Positions 17,521-26,720 of a stretch of 64,000 nt of DNA are shown piece after piece; the stretch's first letter is position 1; each line of letters begins with the position of its first letter. The translations under genes were made by a program, and so were the position numbers. Location: positions 4,751 to 68,750 of the forward strand of contig CALLRP010000044.1 of the NCBI GenBank assembly GCA_938014335.1. Reading direction: 5' to 3'. The notes under the pieces are model-generated. The model was not told where the DNA came from, searched no databases, and saw only the letters and a program-made list of their open reading frames with translations. This stretch comes from an uncultured bacterium (lineage in GTDB: Bacteria > Hydrogenedentota > Hydrogenedentia > Hydrogenedentales > Hydrogenedentaceae).

Positions 17521-20421
17521 ATGAAATCAAAAACCCTGCCATTGGCAATCTATTTAACGGTTTTTAGTTCCAGTTTAGCAATCATGTTTTTACAATTGGT
17601 TGCGGGTAGGGTTATAGCCCAATATTTAGGGCAAAGTTTATTCACCTGGACAGGGATAATCGCAACAACACTTACAGGGATTGCGTTAGGGAATCATCTT
17701 GGCGGGATACTTGCGGATAGATTTTCTAACATTCGTACGATACCCATCGCATTTTTATTAGCATCAATTGCTATTTTTTGTATTCCTTATATGAATCATT
17801 TTTTAGGTGGGCTGGCATTTCTTCAGAATCTTATCTGGGAATGGCGTATCTTTATCCATATCTTTTTGCTTTTTATTATTCCATTCCTTTTATTAGGCAC
17901 AATTTCACCTGTGTTAACACATTTACTTATACAGGTGAGTAATCGACCGGGGACCAGTGTGGGGATTTTTTTTGCTTTTTCTTTATTAGGAAGTCTTATA
18001 GGAACTTTCCTTACCGGTTATATTTTGCTTGCACACTTTTCCTATACCACATTACTTCTTATTTCTACCTTGATTCTTTTTTTTATATCCGTTGCATACC
18101 TCATAGTTGGGATTTTTATTAAACCCAAATTAAGAGAGGATAGAGTAAGTGATGCGGTTACATTAAAAGAAAAGGAGGTTTTAAGGGGGAGAGAGGGTCA
18201 ACCTTTTTACAAATTACTTCTTACATCTTTCTGGGCAGGTGCAGGGATAATGATATTGGAAATTGTAGCTGGAAGATTGCTTGCGCGAAATTTCGGTAAT
18301 TCTTTATATACATGGACTACTATCATTGGTGTCGTTTTAGGTTCTCTTTCGGTGGGGGGATATGTAGGCGGATATTTGGGACAGCATTTTAATCCACGAA
18401 AAGCAACCACTTTCTTTCTTTTTCTTTCAAGTATATGTATCTTATTTATTCCTTTATTCCATATGTTATTGCCATGGAATCCTTTATTATGGGGCTTTTC
18501 CTGGCCCGTTCAAATATTAATACATTCTATTATTGTTTTTGGACCTGCGAGCGTTGCTTTTGGGGCTTTATCTCCGCTTTTAGTGCGAATGATACCGCCG
18601 GAACAGGAAGGAGAAATACAAGGGAGGAAAATTGGAAAAATTTATGCAATGAATGCAATAGGTGGAATATTGGGGGTGTTGATAACGGGGTATTATACAA
18701 TTGCGTATTGGGGTTCGAATATAACGCTATTGTTTATTGTGCTGATTTCTGCTTTATTTGTCTTATGGATGACAAAAAATAAGTGGATGGTATTTCCTTA
18801 TGCGGTGTTATGTGTTTTATTACTATTCAGTGCAATGGTTCCTCATCATCCATGGGATTTTCTTGCTATACAGATGGCATTGAAGCCCTACCGGACAAAA
18901 GAGGTGATTCTTGAAAAAGAGAGTCACTACAACTATATCCAGGTGCGAACGCCGGACCCGGAACGCCCATATCTACGCGAGTTAGTCTTAGATAAAATGG
19001 TTCATAACCAAATTGATATGAACCAGCCCTTAAAATTAATGGGAGTATACGAACATTTCTTTTCGACTGGGATTCATTTCGCTATGAAAGATGCCTCGCC
19101 TAAAAATATCCTTGTAATAGGTGGAGGAGGCTATACTTTTTGCCATTTTTTGGAGGTAAAGTATCCACAATGTAATGTTGAAGTAGCCGAAATAGACCCG
19201 GAGGTCACACACACCGCACATATTGCCTTTGGATTACCTAAAGATACCCGATTATCTATTTATCATCAGGATGGTCGGAATCGTATAGAAGATTTAGTAA
19301 AAAAAATGACGGAGGAGAAACAGGAAGGGGTTTACGATTGTGTTATTAACGATTCATTCAGCGACTATACTGTTCCATTTCATTTAACGACGAGAGAGTT
19401 TGTAGAGAAAATTTATACTGTGTTATCTTCACATGGTATTTATATGTGCAATATAATAGATTGTTTACAATTTGGCTATTTCATGAGTGCTATGTATAAA
19501 ACCTGTAAAGAAGTATTTCCTTACCTTTACATGTATACAACTGCAGATGACCCGATGTTACGGGATACTTTTATTTTAATTGCCTCCAAGAAGTCTTTAC
19601 CACCAGAAGAAATGTTGGATTGGGTTAAAACAAAATATGGTTCTCAAGGATACTATATTAGTGAATCAAAAATGCAAGAACTTATTTCTCGGACAAATGC
19701 TCCTGTGCTTACGGATCAGTTTGCTCCTGTTGAAAATCTATTAGCCCCGATGGTTTCATTTACGGAAGAGACACCTTATTTGCGTCGATTAACACGCATT
19801 ATCCAGAAGGTGGAGAAGGGGCATATCCAGCAAGCCATTCAGGATTTAATGATGATACTACGGCAAAGGCCTAATTTTAATGCAGCTTCCATCATATTGG
19901 CGGAATTACTTCTACAGGAAAATCGTCCAGCTGAAGCAATTATATGGGCAAAAAAGGTCGTAGCGAGCATCCCTCATGAAGCTAAAGGGCATGTTGTTTT
20001 AGGACAGGCTTATGCTCAAACTGGAAATACATCATCAGCAATAATAGCATGGGAAAAAGCAATTGAGATAGACCCAAATCTACACCATGTTAAGGTGAAC
20101 CTTTCCAGTTTACTCATTCAACAAAAACAGTTCGATAAAGCAGAGCGATTGTTAAAAGAAGCATATGGGACAGAACAGTCCCTGGAACCTTCTATTTTAT
20201 TAAATCTATCTTCCCTCTATTTTGTACAGGGGAAATGGACAGAAGCATTGGAGAATTTGAGCCAGTTAGAACGATTGGAGCCGAAGAATTACTTTATCAA
20301 AGAACAAATGGCGATTGTACATTATTATATGGGTGATAGAGAAAAAGCGCGGGCTCTTATCCAGGAATGTAAGAAAGCCAATTATCCTATCAATCCTGAA
20401 TTCCTTCGGTTATTTGAATAG
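17521..20421 (+). CDS. Fused MFS-like membrane domain, spermidine-synthase-like domain and C-terminal TPR domain
   Basis: An N-terminal ~450-aa polytopic region is followed by VIGGGGYTF…EIDPEV…HQDGR…DCVINDSFSD, a spermidine-synthase fold, and then TPR repeats. The gene ends at a TAG. Confidence 0.7.
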   Translation: MKSKTLPLAIYLTVFSSSLAIMFLQLVAGRVIAQYLGQSLFTWTGIIATTLTGIALGNHLGGILADRFSNIRTIPIAFLLASIAIFCIPYMNHFLGGLAFLQNLIWEWRIFIHIFLLFIIPFLLLGTISPVLTHLLIQVSNRPGTSVGIFFAFSLLGSLIGTFLTGYILLAHFSYTTLLLISTLILFFISVAYLIVGIFIKPKLREDRVSDAVTLKEKEVLRGREGQPFYKLLLTSFWAGAGIMILEIVAGRLLARNFGNSLYTWTTIIGVVLGSLSVGGYVGGYLGQHFNPRKATTFFLFLSSICILFIPLFHMLLPWNPLLWGFSWPVQILIHSIIVFGPASVAFGALSPLLVRMIPPEQEGEIQGRKIGKIYAMNAIGGILGVLITGYYTIAYWGSNITLLFIVLISALFVLWMTKNKWMVFPYAVLCVLLLFSAMVPHHPWDFLAIQMALKPYRTKEVILEKESHYNYIQVRTPDPERPYLRELVLDKMVHNQIDMNQPLKLMGVYEHFFSTGIHFAMKDASPKNILVIGGGGYTFCHFLEVKYPQCNVEVAEIDPEVTHTAHIAFGLPKDTRLSIYHQDGRNRIEDLVKKMTEEKQEGVYDCVINDSFSDYTVPFHLTTREFVEKIYTVLSSHGIYMCNIIDCLQFGYFMSAMYKTCKEVFPYLYMYTTADDPMLRDTFILIASKKSLPPEEMLDWVKTKYGSQGYYISESKMQELISRTNAPVLTDQFAPVENLLAPMVSFTEETPYLRRLTRIIQKVEKGHIQQAIQDLMMILRQRPNFNAASIILAELLLQENRPAEAIIWAKKVVASIPHEAKGHVVLGQAYAQTGNTSSAIIAWEKAIEIDPNLHHVKVNLSSLLIQQKQFDKAERLLKEAYGTEQSLEPSILLNLSSLYFVQGKWTEALENLSQLERLEPKNYFIKEQMAIVHYYMGDREKARALIQECKKANYPINPEFLRLFE

Positions 20422-20501
20422 AATGGGACATTGTTGTAAAGTTTGGAGCATATATTTGATAGTTTATTATGGGTATATAAAGTGGAGATATTTTTAGATA
20501 C

Positions 20502-21425
20502 TTATGTTCTCATAATTTCCGCATTTTTTACTTGCGGTTCTTTCAGGTCGGGATGCCAGACGATGTATTTTATTTCTTTCTGGGGATTAAGTGCGATAAC
20601 CTTATAGTTTCCTTTATTATCAATAGCGTGGACAGTAACAGCATTAATAAAACCTGTTTTCAATTCAGCCAAATCCATCACAGATTCGTAGACCGCATCT
20701 GCTAATGATAATCCCATTTTTAGGTAAAGTACCACAGACCTTGCTGTGCCAGCACGGATAGTCATTTCGCCAGTATGGGTGCAAGCACAGGCTCCATATC
20801 GACTATCTGCGTAACTCCCTGCACCTATGATGGGGCTGTCACCTAATCTGCCGGGGTACTTCCAGGGCCAACCTGCTGTACTTGTTGCGGTTGCTATTCT
20901 ACCGGAGTAATCCTGTGCCAGATACACAGTTGTGTCGAAAAGATGTTCGGGGTCGTTAGGTTTGTCTTTTATATCCAGCAGGCGTATATGTGGAAATTTT
21001 TCTTTTTGTTCGTAGGTTAAATGGTCATTTAAAAATTCTTCCCATGAAGTTTTTGTATACTCCGTTTCATTTACATATTTTTCAGCACCGATTTCTTCGG
21101 CAAATCGTTCGGCTCCTGCCCCAACTAATATTTCATGTTCAATATCTGTCATAATGTGATACGCAATTTCTATTGGATGTTTGAATCCTTTGATCGCACC
21201 AACTGCTCCGCTTCTTCGTGTATTACCATCCATTACGGCAGAATCCAGTTCCAATTGCCCTAAAAGGTTAGGGAGGGAATTAGCCCCAACAGTATGTATT
21301 TCAGGATTTTCTTCAACCAACTTTATGCCCTCGATAATGGAATAAATTGCATTGGTTTTGTTTTTTAATAATTCAACAGTTCGGGGAACACCACTACGCC
21401 CTTCATAATTTGTGAGTAATATCAT
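20502..21425 (-). CDS. Isoaspartyl peptidase / L-asparaginase (Ntn-hydrolase, asparaginase-2 family)
   Basis: Motifs include GDSPIIGAGSYAD and HTVGA. Confidence 0.65.
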   Translation of the reverse strand: MILLTNYEGRSGVPRTVELLKNKTNAIYSIIEGIKLVEENPEIHTVGANSLPNLLGQLELDSAVMDGNTRRSGAVGAIKGFKHPIEIAYHIMTDIEHEILVGAGAERFAEEIGAEKYVNETEYTKTSWEEFLNDHLTYEQKEKFPHIRLLDIKDKPNDPEHLFDTTVYLAQDYSGRIATATSTAGWPWKYPGRLGDSPIIGAGSYADSRYGACACTHTGEMTIRAGTARSVVLYLKMGLSLADAVYESVMDLAELKTGFINAVTVHAIDNKGNYKVIALNPQKEIKYIVWHPDLKEPQVKNAEIMRT

Positions 21426-21518
21426 AATTTATTCCTCTTTTTTAGATTGTCATGGAGTACTTGTTTTATTTCGATAAAAATCATAAGATTAAAAGTAAGT
21501 CAATTATAGATGGAATCG

Positions 21519-23108
21519 TTAGTTCCTATTCTTGTTTTTTTGTTTATCCCCATCATGGAATTGTATCGTATCTGTTTGACCTCCCTGGATTGTGTACCAA
21601 TGTGAAATGTTACGGTGGTGAAGGGGGGTATCTATTTGTGCGTTCTGGACATCCTTTAAGTATAAAATTTCAGTAGTATTGGAGGTATTTTTTTCATGCC
21701 AGTTAGAGAAGATAAAATCAATGACATCTTCTGCCCAGATTGCAATTTCCGGTGAGGAATGTTCAAAATAGTTTGTTGGGTTACCGCGTTCGTCCCAAAG
21801 AATATCTTTGTATTTATGTGTGGTGATTCGCCAGAAGGGAGCGACCGTTTCGAATGAGAAATTTTGCAATTGGACATTTCGAGCGTGGCGTATGAAAAAT
21901 GCATAACTGGGTAAAGCACCAAACATTAATGCTTCTGGGTAGCGTGCTATTTCCTCCGGCACAGGCTCATTGATGGGTCGTAATGGGTTGGAACCGTTGA
22001 AGGAGCAAAATACATTCTGTATGAGCACATTCTCCACAGGATAATCGGGTATTCCTGCGATGATGTTGGGATTACTGGCACGAGTGGCTACAATATTACT
22101 AATAGTTATGCCTTTTATACTTCCGGGGGAAGTGGCTCCATCTCTTCCGCGATTTCCAAGGCGTATGAATATCGGTGAACGAACCCAGTCCATAACAATA
22201 CCCGTAATGGTTATTCCCTCAATGTGAGCCCCATCAACAGATTCAATGGCAACGCCCGAAATTCCCGGTCTTTGTGCTGATAATAAGCCCTGAATGATGG
22301 AATTGCTGAAATTAATGCGTCTGAAATCTCCCCCGGATTCCGTTCCTAATTTAAATCCATTACAGCGGGTAGATAAATGGCAATTTGTTACGGTAATATC
22401 CGTGCAGGGGCGGTGATAGCCTAATGAAAAACTGCTTTTGGGTACTATTGCGTCGTCTACTGTTTCTATTCTGCAATTGGATATAAAAACGAATTGGCAA
22501 CTATCGGGGTCAATCCCGTCGGCATAGCCATTTGCAATCTGGACCTTATCGATTATCACCTGTTCGCAACCTAAAAGACTTATGGTATAGTTTGGGCAGT
22601 TCCTTATTGTTATCCCCTCTATTCGTATGTTTTTACAATTCTTAAAAGCAAGTGCTTTAGGTCCCCCTCGCTTTGTAAAGTTTGAGTCTATGGTGCCAAA
22701 ACCTGTAATAGAAATATCATCAATGTTTTCGCCCCACATCAGGGAATGATGAAAAAAAGAAGTCTCATGGTCGGCATCATTGGGGAAGTCTAATTCTTCA
22801 TATGGATCGTAATCCTCTCTTTTTTGACTTCCTAAAATAACGGCACCCGGTTCAAGATAGATATGGAGATTGCTCTTTAAGTGTAAACTTCCAGTGAGAT
22901 AAGTGCCTGATGGGACAATTAATGTACAACCTTTTTCGCTTGCAGTATCTATGGCTTTTTGGATAAAAGTTGTATCAAGCGTGTTCGCATTTCCAACTGC
23001 ACCAAAATCACGAAGGTTTATGCTTTCACTATAAGCAAATGAAGCCATTAATATCATAAGAGAAAAAAGATAGTAGTTCCATTTTCCAAGTGAATATTGT
23101 TTTTTCAT
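21519..23108 (-). CDS. Secreted pectin-lyase-fold glycoside hydrolase (GH28/polygalacturonase-like)
   Basis: Signal peptide from MKKQYSLGKW. NLRDFGAVGNANTLDTTFIQKAIDTA…TLIVPSGTYLTGSL is the classic GH28 / Pectate_lyase_3 N-terminus. The track's start at 23330 is run-through into the AT-rich spacer. Confidence 0.7.
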   Translation of the reverse strand: MKKQYSLGKWNYYLFSLMILMASFAYSESINLRDFGAVGNANTLDTTFIQKAIDTASEKGCTLIVPSGTYLTGSLHLKSNLHIYLEPGAVILGSQKREDYDPYEELDFPNDADHETSFFHHSLMWGENIDDISITGFGTIDSNFTKRGGPKALAFKNCKNIRIEGITIRNCPNYTISLLGCEQVIIDKVQIANGYADGIDPDSCQFVFISNCRIETVDDAIVPKSSFSLGYHRPCTDITVTNCHLSTRCNGFKLGTESGGDFRRINFSNSIIQGLLSAQRPGISGVAIESVDGAHIEGITITGIVMDWVRSPIFIRLGNRGRDGATSPGSIKGITISNIVATRASNPNIIAGIPDYPVENVLIQNVFCSFNGSNPLRPINEPVPEEIARYPEALMFGALPSYAFFIRHARNVQLQNFSFETVAPFWRITTHKYKDILWDERGNPTNYFEHSSPEIAIWAEDVIDFIFSNWHEKNTSNTTEILYLKDVQNAQIDTPLHHRNISHWYTIQGGQTDTIQFHDGDKQKNKNRN

Positions 23109-23361
23109 TAAAAATCTCCCAAAAAAACAAATGTATATTTTTATATACAAAAAAGATTTTATTATTCTTTGAAATATTATATACATAAAAGTCTGAAGAG
23201 AAATAGTTTCAATCGGGATTTCTATGCAGAAGTGAATACCTTTTTCCAAACAGTGACTTTCAGAGAAGCAATATGAATTAATGAATTTCCTTGCTATTGA
23301 ATATTTAATTAGAATTACGCCATAATACATGTATTAGACAAAATTTTGAGGAAGCATAAAT

Positions 23362-23655
23362 ATGCTTTTGGTTCTCGTGTATGTTCATGTAAGACAAGAT
23401 TGTATAGATGCGTTTCGTGAAGCATCAGAACAAAATGCTCGGGAAAGCCGTAAAGAAACGGGAGTTGTTCGATTTGATATACTTCAACAACAGGATGACC
23501 CGACAAAGTTTGTTTTGTATGAAGCATACAAAGATGAAGATAGTGCGAAGGCTCATAAGGAGACAGCGCATTATGCGAAATGGCGTGATACGGTTGCACC
23601 TATGATGGCGGAACCGAGATATAGTGTAAAATATAGTTTTTGTTTAGAGATATAA
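23362..23655 (+). CDS. Antibiotic-biosynthesis-monooxygenase (ABM) domain protein
   Basis: 97 aa; LLVLVYVHVRQDCIDAFREA…FVLYEAYKDEDSAKAHKETAHY has the ABM fold signature. Confidence 0.7.
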   Translation: MLLVLVYVHVRQDCIDAFREASEQNARESRKETGVVRFDILQQQDDPTKFVLYEAYKDEDSAKAHKETAHYAKWRDTVAPMMAEPRYSVKYSFCLEI

Positions 23656-23677
23656 AAACCTTTGGAGGATTTTTAAG

Positions 23678-24178
23678 ATGCTAAAGAGATATAAGTTAGT
23701 TAATAGTGTGTTCGTTATTTTGCTTTCCATGGTTCTTTTATCAGGTTGTGCAAGGACATTAAAAGATACCAGTGGATTTGCAGAGGAGCAAGTCATTACT
23801 GTCAAAGCACCTTTTGAGAAAACATGGCAGGCAACAAAAGAGACTTTGCGTGAATTAAATTTAGATATATATACTCGTGATAAACGAGGAGTTTTTGTTG
23901 CATATGACCAGCCTAAGAGAGAATGGATGCAGTTGAAACGGGTAAAGTATGAGATTCAATTGGGTCCTGTGACTTCTGAGGAAACTCGTATTTTTGTTTC
24001 TGCAATAAAACAAATCTATGGAGTAACCTTACTTACCAATCCGGATTGGCATGACCGTAAAATGACAGGGAAATCAAAGTCGGAGGAAATCATCAATAAA
24101 ATTATAGAAAAATCAGAAGGGAAGGTAGATACTCCTTCAAATGAAGTGAAAGTGCAGGAATCGAAACCTTCAGAATAA
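23678..24178 (+). CDS. Lipoprotein of unknown function
   Basis: Signal peptide plus lipobox LLSGC. Confidence 0.5.
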   Translation: MLKRYKLVNSVFVILLSMVLLSGCARTLKDTSGFAEEQVITVKAPFEKTWQATKETLRELNLDIYTRDKRGVFVAYDQPKREWMQLKRVKYEIQLGPVTSEETRIFVSAIKQIYGVTLLTNPDWHDRKMTGKSKSEEIINKIIEKSEGKVDTPSNEVKVQESKPSE

Positions 24179-24344
24179 TATAATTCCCCGTTAAAACTTT
24201 AATATCTAATTTAGTAGTAGTGACAATGTTTAATTTTTTCTTTGTTTATTTTATTATTTTTATTATAAAATTTATATTTTTTATTTGAAAAAATTATTTT
24301 AAATAAAAATTATTTAACAATATAATTATAATATTGACAAAATA

Positions 24345-24374
24345 TTGACATTATTCTGGAAAATATGTTATAAT
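24345..24374 (+). promoter_or_regulatory. Near-consensus sigma-70 promoter: TTGACA, an 18-nt spacer, and an extended -10 TGTTATAAT
   Basis: TTGACA at 24345-24350 and TGT-TATAAT at 24366-24374. An RBS and ATG follow at 24407. Confidence 0.55.
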
Positions 24375-24579
24375 TTTTCAATAAATTTAAATAAAAGGGC
24401 GTAGGTATGTTAAATGTTATAAAAAAATTTTTCAGTATTCCAATTTAGCAGATTCAGAAATTATTTCGTCTGATTTAGTCGTAGGCAAAATAACTTCCCA
24501 GTGTAGTAATACGGTACCATTAGGTAGCATCATCAGTCAATTTCCAAATTGGGGTGAAAGAGTTCCGATAGGTAGTCCG

Positions 24580-25437
24580 GTGAATTTAGTTATTTCTACA
24601 GGACCGTGTGATACTGTTGTTCCGAATGTTGTAGGGATGGAACAGAGTTCTGTAGAAACAGCGATAACAAATGCAGGATTAGTAGTAGGAACGGTAACCC
24701 AACAATGTAGCAATACAATTCCTGCGGGAATTGTAATGAGTCAAAGTCCAACAGGTGGAACATTCGTTCTTTGGGGAACGACGATAGATATAGTCATTTC
24801 CTCAGGTTTGTGTCAAGAAGGGGAAGGCACACTAGAAGGAGAAGGGACCATAGAATATTGGATAGTTCCTAATATAATAGGCTTTTCACAATCTGATGCG
24901 AGGAATTTAATAGAAAGTGCAGATTTAGTTGTAGGGATGATGACGCAACAGTGTAGTGATGAGATTCCTATAGATTATGTTATTAACCAAAATCCACCTG
25001 CGGGACAACAAATACCTATTGGAAATCCTGTAAATATTATGGTTACATCAGGTCCATGTACAACTCTTGATGCTTGGATAGATGGTCCTGGATATATTGT
25101 CAAGATAGTTGGTGATAATCTTGAATTGAAGGTGATTGTTGTAGGTGCTCATGGAGATGTGGTATATCAATGGTATTTTAGTAGAGCAAAGAATCTAAAA
25201 TCACCAGAATTAATTGTTGGAGCAAATACAGATACGTTTTATATAGAAGAACTTCAATTAGAGGATTCCGGCTTCTATTGGTGTCAGATTGCGGATGATT
25301 ATGATGTAATTGATACTCCATTTGTGCAACTACATGTAATTACGGGACTAAATTTGCATATAAATTACATTTTGATTTTGGGGATTATCATTACTACGAG
25401 TTTGATTCTTGCAAGAAAGAGATATCAGCATAATTAA
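24580..25437 (+). CDS. PASTA-repeat and Ig-like (I-set) domain protein with a C-terminal transmembrane anchor. The N-terminus is unresolved and may be frameshifted.
   Basis: There are 3-4 PASTA-like repeats (VVPNVVGMEQSSVETAITNAGLVVGTVTQQCS…) and an Ig-like domain with DSGFYWC. A C-terminal transmembrane helix is followed by a short basic tail. The frame is open upstream to 24391 without an ATG. Confidence 0.5.
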   Translation: MNLVISTGPCDTVVPNVVGMEQSSVETAITNAGLVVGTVTQQCSNTIPAGIVMSQSPTGGTFVLWGTTIDIVISSGLCQEGEGTLEGEGTIEYWIVPNIIGFSQSDARNLIESADLVVGMMTQQCSDEIPIDYVINQNPPAGQQIPIGNPVNIMVTSGPCTTLDAWIDGPGYIVKIVGDNLELKVIVVGAHGDVVYQWYFSRAKNLKSPELIVGANTDTFYIEELQLEDSGFYWCQIADDYDVIDTPFVQLHVITGLNLHINYILILGIIITTSLILARKRYQHN

Positions 25438-25553
25438 AAGTGAAAATTTGAAATTAAAAAACGGAAGCCAGAGATAAAAAATTGAGGGATGAGATTTGTA
25501 TCTGTGTAAAAAAATTGAATAATTTAGTTGAAACAAATTAAAGATATACAATC

Positions 25554-26669
25554 TTATTTATTTGAGTAAGAAAAAACAAGTTTGATAATTTCTTCCGCGA
25601 TGGTTTCGGAGGCAAGGGGTTTGGCTATTTTTTTTGCGGAGCTGGACATGTTTTGCAGGAGGAGGGGGTCATTCATTATTTGTCGTATAATGGGCAATAA
25701 GGTGTCTGCGGAGCAATCTTTATCGAGAAGGACTTTACTTGCACCGATACTTTCAAGAGAACGGGCGTTATATTCTTGGTGATTATCTGTGGCATAAGGG
25801 AAGGGAATAAGGATAGATGGTTTGCCCAATACGGTAATTTCCGCTAATGTTGAGGCACCGGAACGAGCCGCTACTAAATCTGCGGTGTACATCAACTCTG
25901 CCATATCTTCATAAAAAGGATAAATTTTTAATGGTATTTTTGATTGTGATACGCGGTTTTTATATTTTTCGTAGTCATTTTGTCCTGTAATCCAGATGAT
26001 TTGAAATTCACCGGGTTCTAATTTATTCAGCATATCCGAGACAGCAAGATTTAATGTATGCGCTCCCTGACTACCTCCCATTATAAGAACTGTTTTTTGT
26101 TGGGGATTGAAACCTAATTTAGCACAAACTTCTTCTTTGGGTGGTGGGGTCAGGAAAGCATGTCTCACAGGGTTACCGGTAATAATGAATTTTTCAGATG
26201 AATATATTTCATCAGGGAGACTATCCGACAGAGGAAAACTTAAAAATACCTTTTTTGCTTTTTTTGCCAGAATTCGGTTTGCCATACCTAATCGAGAATT
26301 CTGCTCATGTAGGACAGTGGGAATGTTTAGGATTTGTGCGCACCATACGATGGGGAAAGAGACATATCCCCCGACACCGATAACAATCTGGGGCTGGAAT
26401 CGTAGTAGTATCTGGAAGGAACGAATAATGGATAATCCTAACATAAAAGCAGTAATTCCCTGAGAAACACTTATTTTTCGTGGCCAGCCACGGATAGGAA
26501 CACTTCGGAAGGGGATACCTTTTTGTTGACATATTTTTTCTTCAAGATTACCTTTCTTACCAACCCATTGCACCAGCAATAGATGGTCTCGCCGTTGCAA
26601 TTCTTCTATTATGGAGAGGGCAGGGAAGATATGCCCTCCTGTTCCACCACCTGTAATGACAACCTTCAT
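25554..26669 (-). CDS. murG: UDP-GlcNAc:lipid I N-acetylglucosaminyltransferase
   Basis: ITGGGTGGHIFPAL signature. GT28 N- and C-terminal domains. Confidence 0.85.
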   Translation of the reverse strand: MKVVITGGGTGGHIFPALSIIEELQRRDHLLLVQWVGKKGNLEEKICQQKGIPFRSVPIRGWPRKISVSQGITAFMLGLSIIRSFQILLRFQPQIVIGVGGYVSFPIVWCAQILNIPTVLHEQNSRLGMANRILAKKAKKVFLSFPLSDSLPDEIYSSEKFIITGNPVRHAFLTPPPKEEVCAKLGFNPQQKTVLIMGGSQGAHTLNLAVSDMLNKLEPGEFQIIWITGQNDYEKYKNRVSQSKIPLKIYPFYEDMAELMYTADLVAARSGASTLAEITVLGKPSILIPFPYATDNHQEYNARSLESIGASKVLLDKDCSADTLLPIIRQIMNDPLLLQNMSSSAKKIAKPLASETIAEEIIKLVFSYSNK

Positions 26670-26720
26670 GTGAAGCCTCTATCAATATAAATTAATTTTC
26701 AATTTATTCAAATAATGTGT

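Noticed and set aside
23109-23330. N-terminal 74-aa extension of the GH28-like gene, and likewise the 58-aa extension of the hydrolase at 52909-53082
   Set aside because: These extensions read through AT-rich spacer with no stop by chance. The internal Met exposes a canonical signal peptide, and the extension is incompatible with secretion.
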